This document shows, in pieces, positions 51,947 to 62,141 of a DNA stretch of 64,000 nt. A program made the position numbers and the translations under genes. The stretch is from assembly GCA_049860595.1 (NCBI GenBank), contig CP187551.1. One strand, given 5' to 3'. Source of the stretch: Methanocaldococcus sp. 16A (GTDB lineage Archaea; AGJL01; Methanococci; Methanococcales; Methanocaldococcaceae). Numbering within the stretch: position 1 is the stretch's first letter; every line of letters begins with the position of its first letter. The notes beneath the pieces are model-generated. The model did no database searches. It was given only the letters and a program-made list of their open reading frames with translations, and was not told where the DNA came from.

Positions 51947-52564
51947 TTGGGCTTGAAATCTCTAATAATATTGGGGGTATCACTAATTATATTAGTATTT
52001 GTGGGGGCAAATGTTTCAAATTTTTTATATAAGACCTTTTATGGAAAAGATATAGATAATATGACAATCTATATAGATGAAGATTCTATAAAAGAGATAA
52101 ATCTAAAAGTTGGCGAGTCTATAATGTCAAACACTTCTAAAATAAAAATGACAATAAAAGAAATATACAGAACTCAAAAACTTAAAGGAAATATGGGATA
52201 TAGAAAAATAAAGGATAATGAAACTTTTATTATTGTAAAAGTTAGGGTAGATAATTTGAAAGATGACAAGTCATATTATATCTCAAATATGGATTTTTAT
52301 TTAGTTGATGAAAAGGGAAGAAAATATGATTGTGAAATGAATGTACTTGATATTAAGGATGTACTTACAATCACTACAGTACCTCCACACAAATATATTG
52401 AAGGATATATAATCTACAAAGTCCCAAAGGATATAAAAACAGTAAAAATAACTTATAATTTTAGAAATATTCAAAATATTTTTGATTCATACAAAGCCGT
52501 TTGGGAAATAAATATGTCGGATATACCATATATTGAAGAGTTTCCTCAAAATATTAGAGATTAG
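51947..52564 (+). CDS. membrane-anchored DUF4352-like beta-sandwich protein
   Basis: N-terminal TM helix; FIIVKVRVDN, DFYLVDEKGRKY, EGYIIYKVP. Confidence 0.8.
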   Translation: MGLKSLIILGVSLIILVFVGANVSNFLYKTFYGKDIDNMTIYIDEDSIKEINLKVGESIMSNTSKIKMTIKEIYRTQKLKGNMGYRKIKDNETFIIVKVRVDNLKDDKSYYISNMDFYLVDEKGRKYDCEMNVLDIKDVLTITTVPPHKYIEGYIIYKVPKDIKTVKITYNFRNIQNIFDSYKAVWEINMSDIPYIEEFPQNIRD

Positions 52565-52585
52565 ACTTATTTTTAACTATTTTTA

Positions 52586-53452
52586 TTACTCTTTTAAAAT
52601 CTCTGTTAATAACTTTGGAATATCGGATATATTTCTTGCTACATAAGCCCCAGCTTCTTCTAAAGCTTTCATCTTACTTTCAGCAGTACCTTTTCCTTTT
52701 TCAACTATAGCCCCAGCATGTCCCATTCTCTTTCCTTCTGGAGCTGACTGACCAGCAATATAACCAACTACTGGCTTTTTCATCTTTTCTATAAATTTAG
52801 CAGCCTCTTCTTCAGCCCCTCCACCAATCTCTCCAATCATAACAATAGCTTCTGTCTCATCATCCTTTTCAAATAAATCTAAAACTTCTTTGTATCTAAG
52901 TCCAGTTATTGGGTCTCCTCCAATTCCTACACAAGTTGAGACACCAAATCCAGCATTTTTTATTTGGTGAGCTATCTCATAAGTTAATGTCCCACTTCTT
53001 GAAACCATACCTATACTTCCTTCCTTTAAAACTTCCATTGGTATGATTCCCAATTTACCTACTTTTGGTGAAGCAATTCCTGGTGTATTAGGACCAATAA
53101 TTTTAACTCCCACATCTTCAGCATAGTTTATAAATTCCATTGTATCATGAACTGGAATATGTTCAGTAATAACAACAATTAAATCAATTCCTGCATCTAT
53201 TGCCTCAAAAACAGCATCCTTAGCAAATGGGGCTGGAACAAAAATTACTGACGCGTTTGCATCTGTTTCTTCAACAGCTTCTTTAACTGTATCAAAAACA
53301 GGCACTCCATAAACCTCTTGCCCACCTTTTCCTGGTGTAACTCCTCCAACAATTTTTGTTCCACATTCTAACATCTTCTTTGTGTGAAAACTACCCTGTT
53401 TTCCAGTAATTCCTTGAACTATCGCTCTTGTATTTTCATCTAATAAAATCAT
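52586..53452 (-). CDS. sucD: succinyl-CoA ligase alpha subunit
   Basis: [32 protein letters not shown]. Confidence 0.96.
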   Translation of the reverse strand: MILLDENTRAIVQGITGKQGSFHTKKMLECGTKIVGGVTPGKGGQEVYGVPVFDTVKEAVEETDANASVIFVPAPFAKDAVFEAIDAGIDLIVVITEHIPVHDTMEFINYAEDVGVKIIGPNTPGIASPKVGKLGIIPMEVLKEGSIGMVSRSGTLTYEIAHQIKNAGFGVSTCVGIGGDPITGLRYKEVLDLFEKDDETEAIVMIGEIGGGAEEEAAKFIEKMKKPVVGYIAGQSAPEGKRMGHAGAIVEKGKGTAESKMKALEEAGAYVARNISDIPKLLTEILKE

Positions 53453-53569
53453 CCTATCCCTCACCAAATTTGCATTAAATTTTCAATTTTACAGTTTTTA
53501 AAGCATTTGTTATTATCTGAAAATATTGGTTTGAACTCATATAAAAGTATCTTAGATATCTCATATCGA

Positions 53570-53585
53570 CCGTAAAATTTATATA
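53570..53585 (+). promoter_or_regulatory. tRNA promoter (BRE-TATA)
   Basis: CCGTAAAATTTATATA upstream of the tRNA. Confidence 0.75.
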
Positions 53586-53618
53586 TCCCCTTTTACTTTT
53601 TATATGTGTCGTTAATGC

Positions 53619-53729
53619 GGGGGTGTGGTGTAGCCAGGTCTATCATCGGGGACTCCAGTTGCCTATAGGGCGCTGGACCATGGCAGGAGAAATCCCTGGA
53701 CCTGGGTTCAAATCCCAGCACCCCCACCA
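53619..53729 (+). tRNA. trnW: tRNA-Trp (CCA) with 33-nt intron (53659-53691)
   Basis: Acceptor GGGGGTG/CACCCCC plus ACCA; anticodon CCA 53655-53657; T-loop TTCAAAT; BHB motif at 37/38; T-tract downstream. Confidence 0.96.
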
Positions 53730-53820
53730 TTTTTTGCTAAATAACAATTATTATCGTATGTTTTATTTTTCAGTAATTAATCTGTAGATTTGGATATATT
53801 TGTGAAGATAACTTCGATAG

Positions 53821-54363
53821 GTGTCGAAATTGGATGAACTAGAAATCATAGCCCACAACTTATCAATATTAAAAAGATTCTATACTGACGATGAATGGAA
53901 ATATAAGATGGATACTTTAATAAATAAAATTTTAAAAGCTAAAAAAATCTTTGTTTTTGGTGTTGGAAGGAGTGGATATATTGGAAGATGTTTTACTATG
54001 AGATTAATGCATCTTGGCTTTAACTCCTATTTTGTTGGAGAGACAACAACTTCATCATATGAAAAAGATGATTTGCTAATTTTAATATCTGGTAGTGGAA
54101 AGACAGAGACTGTTTTAACAGTTGCTAAAAGGGCAAAGGAAATAAATAATAATATTGTTGCAATTGTATGCGAATGTGGAACTATAGTGGAATTTGCTGA
54201 GCTGATAATTCCATTAGAGGTTAAAAAATCAAAATATTTACCAATGGGAACTACTTTTGAAGAAACAACTTTAATATTCTTAGATTTAGTTATAGCTGAG
54301 ATTATGAAGAGGTTAAATTTAGATGAAAGTGAAATTATAAAAAGACATTGTAACTTGTTATGA
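53821..54363 (+). CDS. hxlB: 6-phospho-3-hexuloisomerase (SIS domain)
   Basis: GVGRSG, MRLMHLG, ISGSGKT, PMGTTFE, RHCNLL. Confidence 0.92.
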   Translation: MSKLDELEIIAHNLSILKRFYTDDEWKYKMDTLINKILKAKKIFVFGVGRSGYIGRCFTMRLMHLGFNSYFVGETTTSSYEKDDLLILISGSGKTETVLTVAKRAKEINNNIVAIVCECGTIVEFAELIIPLEVKKSKYLPMGTTFEETTLIFLDLVIAEIMKRLNLDESEIIKRHCNLL

Positions 54364-54418
54364 TTGACTCCCATAATAAATCTTTATAAATAAGGAGTGG
54401 TAACTTAATTTAGTTGAA

Positions 54419-54454
54419 TAAGACTTTCGCATATCCTATAAGAGAAATGTCCTA
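54419..54454. mobile_element. collapsed family A element with 5-bp TSD
   Basis: TAAGACTTTCGCA...GAAATGTCCTA flanked by TTGAA repeats (54414-54418, 54455-54459). Confidence 0.65.
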
Positions 54455-54478
54455 TTGAAATAACAAAAAGGTGGAATT

Positions 54479-55564
54479 ATGAAATTTGGATGGGTTAATG
54501 TTACTGGAGATAACTGGGAAGATAAAAAGGAGATTGTAAAGATGGCTTTGGAATCATCAATTCCTGTGGTTGTTGCTGAACCAGAAGATATTGAAAAAAT
54601 TAAAGAGCTTGGAAATATTAAAGTAGCTTCACATAGCTTAGATGCAGATATTGTTTTAGTAAATAAAGATGACAACATAGAGTTTTTAAAAGAAGCTAAA
54701 AACTTGGGCAAAGAAACAGCTATTTATATACCAATAGAATCAAAAGAAGATGAAGAATTAGCTTCTGAAGTAGCAAGGTTTGGTTTTGTTGATAACATTA
54801 TCTTAGAGGGTAGAGATTGGACAATCATCCCATTAGAGAATTTAATAGCCGATTTATTTAATAGAGATGTAAAAATTATTGCAAGTGTTGATTCAGTTGA
54901 TGAGGCGAAGGTTGCTTATGAAATTTTAGAGAAAGGAACTGATGGAGTTCTTTTAAACCCAAAAAACTTAGAGGATATAAAAGAGTTGTCAAAATTAATT
55001 GAGGAAATGAATAAAGAAAAAATAGCCTTAGATGTAGCAACAATAACAAGAGTTGAGCCAATAGGTAGTGGAGATAGGGTTTGTATAGATACCTGCTCAT
55101 TAATGGAGATAGGAGAAGGAATGTTAATTGGTTCCTACTCAAGAGGTTTATTTTTAGTTCATTCTGAGACTGTAGAAAACCCTTACGTAGCTACAAGACC
55201 TTTCAGAGTTAATGCAGGGCCTGTTCATGCCTATATATTATGCCCAGGGAATAAAACAAAATATTTAAGTGAGTTAAAGGCAGGAGATAAGGTTTTAATT
55301 GTTGATAAGGATGGAAATGCAAGGGAAGCTATAGTTGGCAGGGTAAAGATTGAAAGAAGGCCATTGATATTAATTGAAGCAGAATATAAAGGAGATATTA
55401 TAAGGACTATATTACAAAATGCTGAAACAATAAGGTTAGTTAATGAAAAAGGAGAGCCAGTTTCTGTTGTTGATTTAAAACCTGGAGACAAAGTTTTAAT
55501 AAAACCAGAGGAATATGCAAGACATTTTGGGATGGCAATAAAAGAGACAATCATTGAAAAATGA
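54479..55564 (+). CDS. aroB': 3-dehydroquinate synthase II (oxidative deaminating)
   Basis: DWTIIPLENL, GDRVCIDTCS, RPFRVNAGPVH, GRVKIERRP, LQNAET. Confidence 0.95.
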   Translation: MKFGWVNVTGDNWEDKKEIVKMALESSIPVVVAEPEDIEKIKELGNIKVASHSLDADIVLVNKDDNIEFLKEAKNLGKETAIYIPIESKEDEELASEVARFGFVDNIILEGRDWTIIPLENLIADLFNRDVKIIASVDSVDEAKVAYEILEKGTDGVLLNPKNLEDIKELSKLIEEMNKEKIALDVATITRVEPIGSGDRVCIDTCSLMEIGEGMLIGSYSRGLFLVHSETVENPYVATRPFRVNAGPVHAYILCPGNKTKYLSELKAGDKVLIVDKDGNAREAIVGRVKIERRPLILIEAEYKGDIIRTILQNAETIRLVNEKGEPVSVVDLKPGDKVLIKPEEYARHFGMAIKETIIEK

Positions 55565-55586
55565 CCATTAAAAATTCTGTGAGATT

Positions 55587-56345
55587 ATGGAAATAAAAAT
55601 AGGTAAAGTTGAAAAAAAATTGAATCAAATTATTGAAGAGGAGGGAGCTGTTTATCTAACTCTATTAGACCCAGAGGAAGAAAATATTGAAGAGATAGCT
55701 GAAAAAGTTAAAGATTATGCAGATGTAATAATGGTTGGAGGGAGTATTGGAGTTGTTAATTTAGATGAAGCAGTGAAAAAAATAAAAAAAATAACTAAGC
55801 TTCCAATAATCCTATTCCCTGGAAATGTTGATGGACTTTCAAAATACGCTGATGCTGTATTTTATATGAGCTTAATGAACTCATCCAATACATATTGGGC
55901 AATAACTGCTCCAACTTTAGGAGCTATAACTATATTAAAATATAACTTAGAGCCAATACCTATGGCTTATCTCTGCATAGAGCCAGCTAAAAAAACTGCT
56001 GTAGGTTATGTTGGTGAAATTAGGGAAATACCTCAAAACAAACCAAAAATAACAGCTATGTATTGTTTATCAGCAAAGTTCTTTGGTATGAGATGGGCAT
56101 ACTTAGAAGCTGGAAGTGGAGCTCCTTACCCTATAAATAATGAAACAATAGCTTTATCAAAAAAGCTCTCTGGGATTAATATAATTGTTGGTGGAGGGAT
56201 TAGAAAGCCAGAAATTGCCTATGAAAAGGTTTTAGCAGGAGCTGATGCAATAGTTACAGGTAATTTGTTGGAAGAGAATCCAAATGCTGTTGAGATGATG
56301 TATGATGCAATTAAAAAAGCTGGAAAAGAGAAGCTTAAAAAATAA
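55587..56345 (+). CDS. geranylgeranylglyceryl phosphate synthase
   Basis: LLDP, MVGGS, LFPG, YLEAGSGA, VGGGIR, VTGN. Confidence 0.94.
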   Translation: MEIKIGKVEKKLNQIIEEEGAVYLTLLDPEEENIEEIAEKVKDYADVIMVGGSIGVVNLDEAVKKIKKITKLPIILFPGNVDGLSKYADAVFYMSLMNSSNTYWAITAPTLGAITILKYNLEPIPMAYLCIEPAKKTAVGYVGEIREIPQNKPKITAMYCLSAKFFGMRWAYLEAGSGAPYPINNETIALSKKLSGINIIVGGGIRKPEIAYEKVLAGADAIVTGNLLEENPNAVEMMYDAIKKAGKEKLKK

Positions 56346-56353
56346 ATTATTTT

Positions 56354-57049
56354 TTATTTACTTTTTTTAGCAACAAATCCTATATAAGATGAAAAATGCT
56401 TTAAAAAGCTTTTATAAATAAACTTATCCAATGGAGAGTTTGTAATATTTGCTCCAAAGGTATAAACTACCTCAAAGCCATTATCTTCTAAGATATTTTT
56501 AACCTCTTTAATATTATAAAATCTTGTTTTTACTTTTATTTTTTCTCCATCAACAACCTTTATTATTGTTCCTTTTCTTTTCTTTAAAGCACTTCTTACC
56601 TTTTTGAAGTTTCCTTTTAAAATATTCTTTAAAATCCATTTTATATCATAGACATTTGCTACTGTAAATATAAAAATTCCATCCTTTTTTAAAACTCTAT
56701 TAACTTCTTTTAAAGCTCTTTTTAAATTGCAATGATTTAAAGCTCCAAAAAATGATATTACTTTATCAAAACTCCTATTTTTGAATGGGAGAAACTCAGC
56801 GTTAGCAACTACTACAGGTTTGTTGGTTTTTTTATTTGCTATTTTAGCCATTTCTATTGATATATCTAAACCAATTGCTTTATTTAAAATTTTTAATTGC
56901 TCCCCTGTCCCACAACCAATATCTAAGACAAAGTCATCATCTTTAATCTCTTTTTTTAAAATTTCTCTTTCCACAAACCTCATATACTTGTTTTTATACA
57001 ATTTATCATAGCTTTTAGCTAATTTGTCGTAATATTCTTTAACACCCAT
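56354..57049 (-). CDS. class I SAM-dependent methyltransferase
   Basis: VLDIGCGTG, LDIS, AEFLPF, RVLKKDG. Confidence 0.9.
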   Translation of the reverse strand: MGVKEYYDKLAKSYDKLYKNKYMRFVEREILKKEIKDDDFVLDIGCGTGEQLKILNKAIGLDISIEMAKIANKKTNKPVVVANAEFLPFKNRSFDKVISFFGALNHCNLKRALKEVNRVLKKDGIFIFTVANVYDIKWILKNILKGNFKKVRSALKKRKGTIIKVVDGEKIKVKTRFYNIKEVKNILEDNGFEVVYTFGANITNSPLDKFIYKSFLKHFSSYIGFVAKKSK

Positions 57050-57068
57050 ACATATCACGGTGAGTAAA

Positions 57069-57572
57069 ATGATTACAGTAGCTACTGCTGAATGTTTTAC
57101 ACATGCAAATATTGGCTTAACATTACATAAGGCAGCTGCTGGCTATGAAGATTTTGAATTTAAATATTTATTTTCTGATGAAGATTTAAAATTAATTAAA
57201 AATATTAAAATTATAGCAGCTATGTTTATTCCTTCAATTGTAGGGGCTGAAAAGCTCTTAGATATAAAACTTCCAGAGCCTGATTATAGCTATAGATATG
57301 CAAAGGCATATAGTGAAGAGAAGGATTTAGAGGTTGCTAAGCTAATGGCAATGGGATTAAAGAAAAAGCTAAATGCTAATATAGCTATTGGAACTACCGC
57401 AGGCATTGGTATGGGAGCTATTTGTATATTAACAGATAATAATTGTTATTTATTTACTTCAGATGTTTATGCCAACCTAATTACTTTTGAGAATGTTAAA
57501 GAGAGGCAAAGAAATGGCATTGAAAAAGGAATAAAAAAGTTCTTAGAGATTTTAAAAAAGGAATATTTTTAG
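57069..57572 (+). CDS. hcgF: FeGP cofactor biosynthesis protein HcgF (UPF0254)
   Basis: ATAECFTH, AKAYSEEKD, GTTAGIG, VKERQ. Confidence 0.88.
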   Translation: MITVATAECFTHANIGLTLHKAAAGYEDFEFKYLFSDEDLKLIKNIKIIAAMFIPSIVGAEKLLDIKLPEPDYSYRYAKAYSEEKDLEVAKLMAMGLKKKLNANIAIGTTAGIGMGAICILTDNNCYLFTSDVYANLITFENVKERQRNGIEKGIKKFLEILKKEYF

Positions 57573-57577
57573 ATATT

Positions 57578-58423
57578 TTATACTCTCTTTTTGTATATTG
57601 TTAAATAATATCTCAATATTCCAGCATTTAACAACCATGTGTTTATAATATCGGCAATTAAAGCCAAGATTAAGACAGTAGCTATATTAGCCAATATATC
57701 TGCAACTGGGATAAATAGCTTTACAACAATTAATAATACTAACATAGCACTAATTGTAGTTAAAGTCATTGTTATACCAGTTTTCATTGCTTCTTTAACA
57801 GTTTCATCAAAGCTTTTTGTTAATCTCTTTAAAACTCTTGTTGTTAATAAAATGTTTGAATCTACGCTATAACCAATAACCATTAATAAAGCAGCTATAG
57901 TAGCTGAGGACAGCTCAATATTAAATAAGCTCATCGCCCCTAAGGCAACTATCAAATCTGATAATGCGCATAGTATAATTGTTCCACTTGGCACGGGATT
58001 TCTAAAGTAGAGGTAGACAGCTATTGCCATAAATAAAAATGCAAATCCAACAGCTTTTAATCCCTCTTCAAAGAATTTAGCACTTAACATCGCTCCAATA
58101 GTCTTTTCAGAATAATTTAACTTATCTAAACTATCAACATGGAAAAATTCTTTAATTTTTTGCTTTACAATGTCAGAGTTTTCACTTTTACATCTAACAA
58201 CTATGTAATATCCATCAGCTGATTTTAATTTCTTTATTTCTGCTATTCCATCAAGTGATTCTTTTAGAGGGGTTATGTCTATATCTTTATCCACTTTAAT
58301 TGTTATCTCCGTTCCCCCAGTTATATCTATACTTTTAGGAATTCCTTTAAAACCTATTAATAAAATTGATAATATAAGAAGGGCTATTGGTATGGCAATT
58401 GATAGCCTATAATCTTTTAGCAT
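57578..58423 (-). CDS. secF: protein translocase subunit SecF
   Basis: IDITGGT, IAALLMVIGYSVDSNILL. Confidence 0.94.
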   Translation of the reverse strand: MLKDYRLSIAIPIALLILSILLIGFKGIPKSIDITGGTEITIKVDKDIDITPLKESLDGIAEIKKLKSADGYYIVVRCKSENSDIVKQKIKEFFHVDSLDKLNYSEKTIGAMLSAKFFEEGLKAVGFAFLFMAIAVYLYFRNPVPSGTIILCALSDLIVALGAMSLFNIELSSATIAALLMVIGYSVDSNILLTTRVLKRLTKSFDETVKEAMKTGITMTLTTISAMLVLLIVVKLFIPVADILANIATVLILALIADIINTWLLNAGILRYYLTIYKKRV

Positions 58424-58495
58424 CTTTCCAACCCCTTTGTATTTTGGTCTATGCGAAACAAATTTTTATATATATTAAAGGGATATAAATAATAG

Positions 58496-58687
58496 TAGGA
58501 CTTTCGCATGAATAAATATAGAATGGCATAACACTTTGAATGCAGAATATAACATTTCTTTTATTGACTTAATTGAAGCCAAAAGCTTCAAAGTACCCTA
58601 ATACATATAAAAAATGCATTCAGACTGTTATTTGATGCCAAAGGCATCATTATTTCCTTATTAAATATATAAACTGCGAAAGTTCTA
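58496..58687. mobile_element. family A element interrupted by a family C element
   Basis: Outer TIRs TAGGACTTTCGCA / TGCGAAAGTTCTA; central TGATGCC-AAA-GGCATCA. Confidence 0.8.
58528..58631. mobile_element. family C palindromic element (nested)
   Basis: 17-bp inverted ends ATAACACTTTGAATGCA / TGCATTCAGACTGTTAT (15 of 17); central TGAAGC-CAAAA-GCTTCA. Confidence 0.72.
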
Positions 58688-58710
58688 TAATAATATCACA
58701 CCAATTAAAG

Positions 58711-60018
58711 GTGATATACATTAAACCTAAGAAATTTTTAATATTTTTGTTTTTCTTTCTATTGTTGGGAAATATATCTTTGGCATACAGCATTGAAAAG
58801 ATAGATATCAAATGCATAGTTAATCCTGACGATACCATAAATGAGACAATAACTATGGTAATTTACAATAACGATAATAAAAATTTGAGTAGTATTACAT
58901 ATACAATCCCTCAAAATGTTGAAAATCTTACAATAAACTCTTCTGTAAATATTAAAGGATATAGTGCCCTATACAATGATGGAATTACAGAAATTGCCGT
59001 AGAATTTGAAAAACCTATCCCTCCAAATGAGTATGTAAATGTAACATTTAATTGTTTAGTAACTGATGCAATCTGGACGAGAGATGATATTAAGCAACTT
59101 ATTATGAACTTTCCAATCCCTGCAAAAAATGCTACTATAAAAGTAATTCTTCCACCAGGGGCAGTTATATCTTCCCCTCAAGGTACTTTGCTTGTAACTC
59201 CTTCTGGATACAAAATAACTACCGATGGAAAACATCAAATCATTATATGGGATTTGTCCTTAAATAAAGAAATAACTTTCACAATTACTGTAAAATATAC
59301 CTTTATAACATATCCCTCAAATAATATTGTAGAATATCCATCTATTAATAATAATTTGAAATATCTCTTAATAATTACAATATTTGGGGCTACAATATTT
59401 GGGGGTCTATTTATTAGAGAGAGAATTTCTAAAAAGAAGACCATAAAAGATACTGAAAGCATAAAAAATGAATTAAATGAACTAAAAGATAAATTAAAAG
59501 AAAAAGAAGATGAGGTTAAAAATTTAACTGCAAAAATAAAAGATTTAGAAGTTGAATTGAGTAAAGCTAATAAAAATTTACTAAGTAAGAATGAGATTAT
59601 TGGAGTGTTAAATGAAAGGATTTCCGAATATGAAAGTAGAATACAAAAACTTGTAGATGAAAATCTCTCATATAAAGAAAATATTGAATCACTAAACAAA
59701 TATATTGAAAAATTAAAGAAAGAGAATGAAGAGCTAAAAGACAAAGTTAGAAACTTAGAAGAGATTGCGAAGAAATATATGGAAGAAAAAAAAGGAGTAT
59801 TGTGGAGATTTTTAACAGAAGAAGAGAAAATCATAATTGATTTGATAAAAAAACATGGACATATAACTCAAAAAGAAATTGTTGAAATTACTGGAATGAG
59901 TAAGCCAAAGGTTTCACGAATTATATCTGAATTAGAAGCTAGGAAAATAATAAGAAAGGAAAAAATTGGAAGAATCAATAAATTGGCTCTTACAGAAGAA
60001 AGTAAAAAGCTATTATAG
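58711..60018 (+). CDS. membrane-tethered winged-HTH regulator (extracellular beta domain, TM, coiled coil, wHTH)
   Basis: Signal peptide, beta-rich domain, TM helix, long heptad region, LTEEE...ITQKEI...MSKPKVSRIISELE...GRIN. Confidence 0.85.
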   Translation: MIYIKPKKFLIFLFFFLLLGNISLAYSIEKIDIKCIVNPDDTINETITMVIYNNDNKNLSSITYTIPQNVENLTINSSVNIKGYSALYNDGITEIAVEFEKPIPPNEYVNVTFNCLVTDAIWTRDDIKQLIMNFPIPAKNATIKVILPPGAVISSPQGTLLVTPSGYKITTDGKHQIIIWDLSLNKEITFTITVKYTFITYPSNNIVEYPSINNNLKYLLIITIFGATIFGGLFIRERISKKKTIKDTESIKNELNELKDKLKEKEDEVKNLTAKIKDLEVELSKANKNLLSKNEIIGVLNERISEYESRIQKLVDENLSYKENIESLNKYIEKLKKENEELKDKVRNLEEIAKKYMEEKKGVLWRFLTEEEKIIIDLIKKHGHITQKEIVEITGMSKPKVSRIISELEARKIIRKEKIGRINKLALTEESKKLL

Positions 60019-60027
60019 AGGGGTAGT

Positions 60028-61209
60028 ATGAAAATTCTTATTTCAGTTTGTGGGGAGGGTTTTGGACATACAACAAGATGTATAGCAATTGGTGAAGCTT
60101 TAAAAGATGATTATGAAATCTCATACATTGCCTATGGAAAAAGTAAAGATTTCATTGAGAAATATAACTTTAAAGTTTTTGAAACATTCCCAGAGATAAA
60201 ACTTAAAGGAAGAGATGGAAAATTTGATATAACTTCAAGTATATTTAATAAAGAATACAGCCCAAAAAAAGCTATTAGGAGAGAAATGGAAATCATTAAA
60301 GAATATAATCCTGATTTAATAATCTCTGACTGCAAATATAGTACAATTGTAGCAGCAAAACTTTTAAAAAAGCCGGTTATCTGTATAAGCAATCAAAACT
60401 ATACAAAATATAAATTAAAAACAGATTTAATTGTCTATCCTACAATGAAAGCTCTAAACATAATAAATGAAAGATGTGAAAGATTTATAGTACCTGATTT
60501 TCCTCCACCATATACTATATGTGAATACAACCTAAAAATTATAAAAAATATGGAGTTTATAGGCCCTTTAATTAGATATGACATTGAAGATGATGACAAT
60601 GAAGAAAATTACATATTGAGCGTTATTGGAGGTTTTGAGTATAGATATAAAATTCTTGAAGAGCTTGGAAAAATTGCTTTAAAAAATAACTTGAATGTAA
60701 AACTTGTATGTGGAAGTTATGAAGTAGCTAAAATGCTAAAAAATGATTTAAAATTACACACTTATAAGGATAAAAACATTGAAATAATCCCAATAACAAC
60801 AAATATGAAAGAACTTATAAAAAATGCAGAACTTATTATATCTCATGGTGGGCATTCAACAATAATGGAAGCTCTATCATTTGGAAAACCGTTAATTGTT
60901 ATCCCAGATTTAGACCATCCTGAGCAAGGAAATAATGCTAAAAAAGTCCATAATTTAGGTTGTGGAATAGCTTTATCTTATAAAGAGCTATATAGATTAG
61001 AGGAAACTATATTTGACATAACAAATATGAAATTTTATAAAAGAAATGCTTTAAAAATGAGAGAACTTGCAAAAAAATACAATGGAAAGAAGAATATTAA
61101 AAAAATAATAGATAATTTCTTCGAAACAAGAAGCAATAGAAAAAAATACTACTTAACAGACAGGATAACTAATAAGTTAATCAATAAGCTTAAGTTGAAG
61201 ATTAGGTGA
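60028..61209 (+). CDS. MJ1255/VC2487 family glycosyltransferase (GT-B)
   Basis: [33 protein letters not shown]. Confidence 0.9.
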   Translation: MKILISVCGEGFGHTTRCIAIGEALKDDYEISYIAYGKSKDFIEKYNFKVFETFPEIKLKGRDGKFDITSSIFNKEYSPKKAIRREMEIIKEYNPDLIISDCKYSTIVAAKLLKKPVICISNQNYTKYKLKTDLIVYPTMKALNIINERCERFIVPDFPPPYTICEYNLKIIKNMEFIGPLIRYDIEDDDNEENYILSVIGGFEYRYKILEELGKIALKNNLNVKLVCGSYEVAKMLKNDLKLHTYKDKNIEIIPITTNMKELIKNAELIISHGGHSTIMEALSFGKPLIVIPDLDHPEQGNNAKKVHNLGCGIALSYKELYRLEETIFDITNMKFYKRNALKMRELAKKYNGKKNIKKIIDNFFETRSNRKKYYLTDRITNKLINKLKLKIR

Positions 61210-61213
61210 GAAT

Positions 61214-62137
61214 GTGATTACAGTATTATCTGGAGGAACAGGAACTCCAAAGCTATTGCAAGGCTTAAAAAGAGTTGTTGATAATGAAAAATTGGCTGTT
61301 ATTGTTAATACTGGTGAAGATACTTGGATAGGAGATTTATATTTATCACCTGATGTTGATACCGTTCTCTATACCTTAGCAGATTTAATTAATGAGGAAA
61401 CATGGTATGGGGTTAAAGGAGATACATTTTATACTCATGAGCAATTAAAAAATCTTGGATTTGATGAAGTTTTGAGGATAGGAGATAAAGATAGAGCCTT
61501 AAAAATGCATAAGACATATTATTTAAAGAGAGGTTATAAACTCTCAGAAATTGTGGATATGGAAAGAGAAGCATTAGGAATTAAAGCAAAAGTAATTCCA
61601 ATGAGCGATGATAGAGTTGAGACAAAAATTTTGGCAGAGGTTGATGGAAAAATAGATTTATTAAAATTCCATGACTTTTGGGTTAAGAGAAGAGGGAATG
61701 TTGAGGTTTTAGATGTTATTTATGAAAATAGTTTATATGCCAAACCTTGTGAGAAGGCGGTTGAAGCTATAGAGAATAGCGACCTTGTTATCATTGGTCC
61801 TTCAAATCCAATAACTTCTATAGGGCCAATTTTAAGTTTAAATGGAATTAGAGAGTTATTAAAAGATAAAAAAGTAGTGGCTGTTTCTCCAATAGTTGGA
61901 AATTCTGCTGTCTCAGGTCCTGCAGGTAAATTAATGAAAGCTAAGGGTTATGAAGTATCAGTTAAAGGAGTTTATGAATTTTATAAAGATATAGTTGATA
62001 TCTTAGTTATAGATAATGTTGATAAAGAAATAGCTAAAGAAATACCTTGTGAAGTTTTTATAACCAACACAATTATGAAAACATTGGATGACAAAGTTAG
62101 ATTAGCAAAAAATATTATTGAGTTCTGTGGTGGCTAA
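61214..62137 (+). CDS. cofD: 2-phospho-L-lactate transferase (F420 biosynthesis)
   Basis: LSGGTGTPK, NTGED, SPDVDT, IGDKDRA, GPSNPITSIGP, SGPA. Confidence 0.96.
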   Translation: MITVLSGGTGTPKLLQGLKRVVDNEKLAVIVNTGEDTWIGDLYLSPDVDTVLYTLADLINEETWYGVKGDTFYTHEQLKNLGFDEVLRIGDKDRALKMHKTYYLKRGYKLSEIVDMEREALGIKAKVIPMSDDRVETKILAEVDGKIDLLKFHDFWVKRRGNVEVLDVIYENSLYAKPCEKAVEAIENSDLVIIGPSNPITSIGPILSLNGIRELLKDKKVVAVSPIVGNSAVSGPAGKLMKAKGYEVSVKGVYEFYKDIVDILVIDNVDKEIAKEIPCEVFITNTIMKTLDDKVRLAKNIIEFCGG

Positions 62138-62141
62138 ATTT

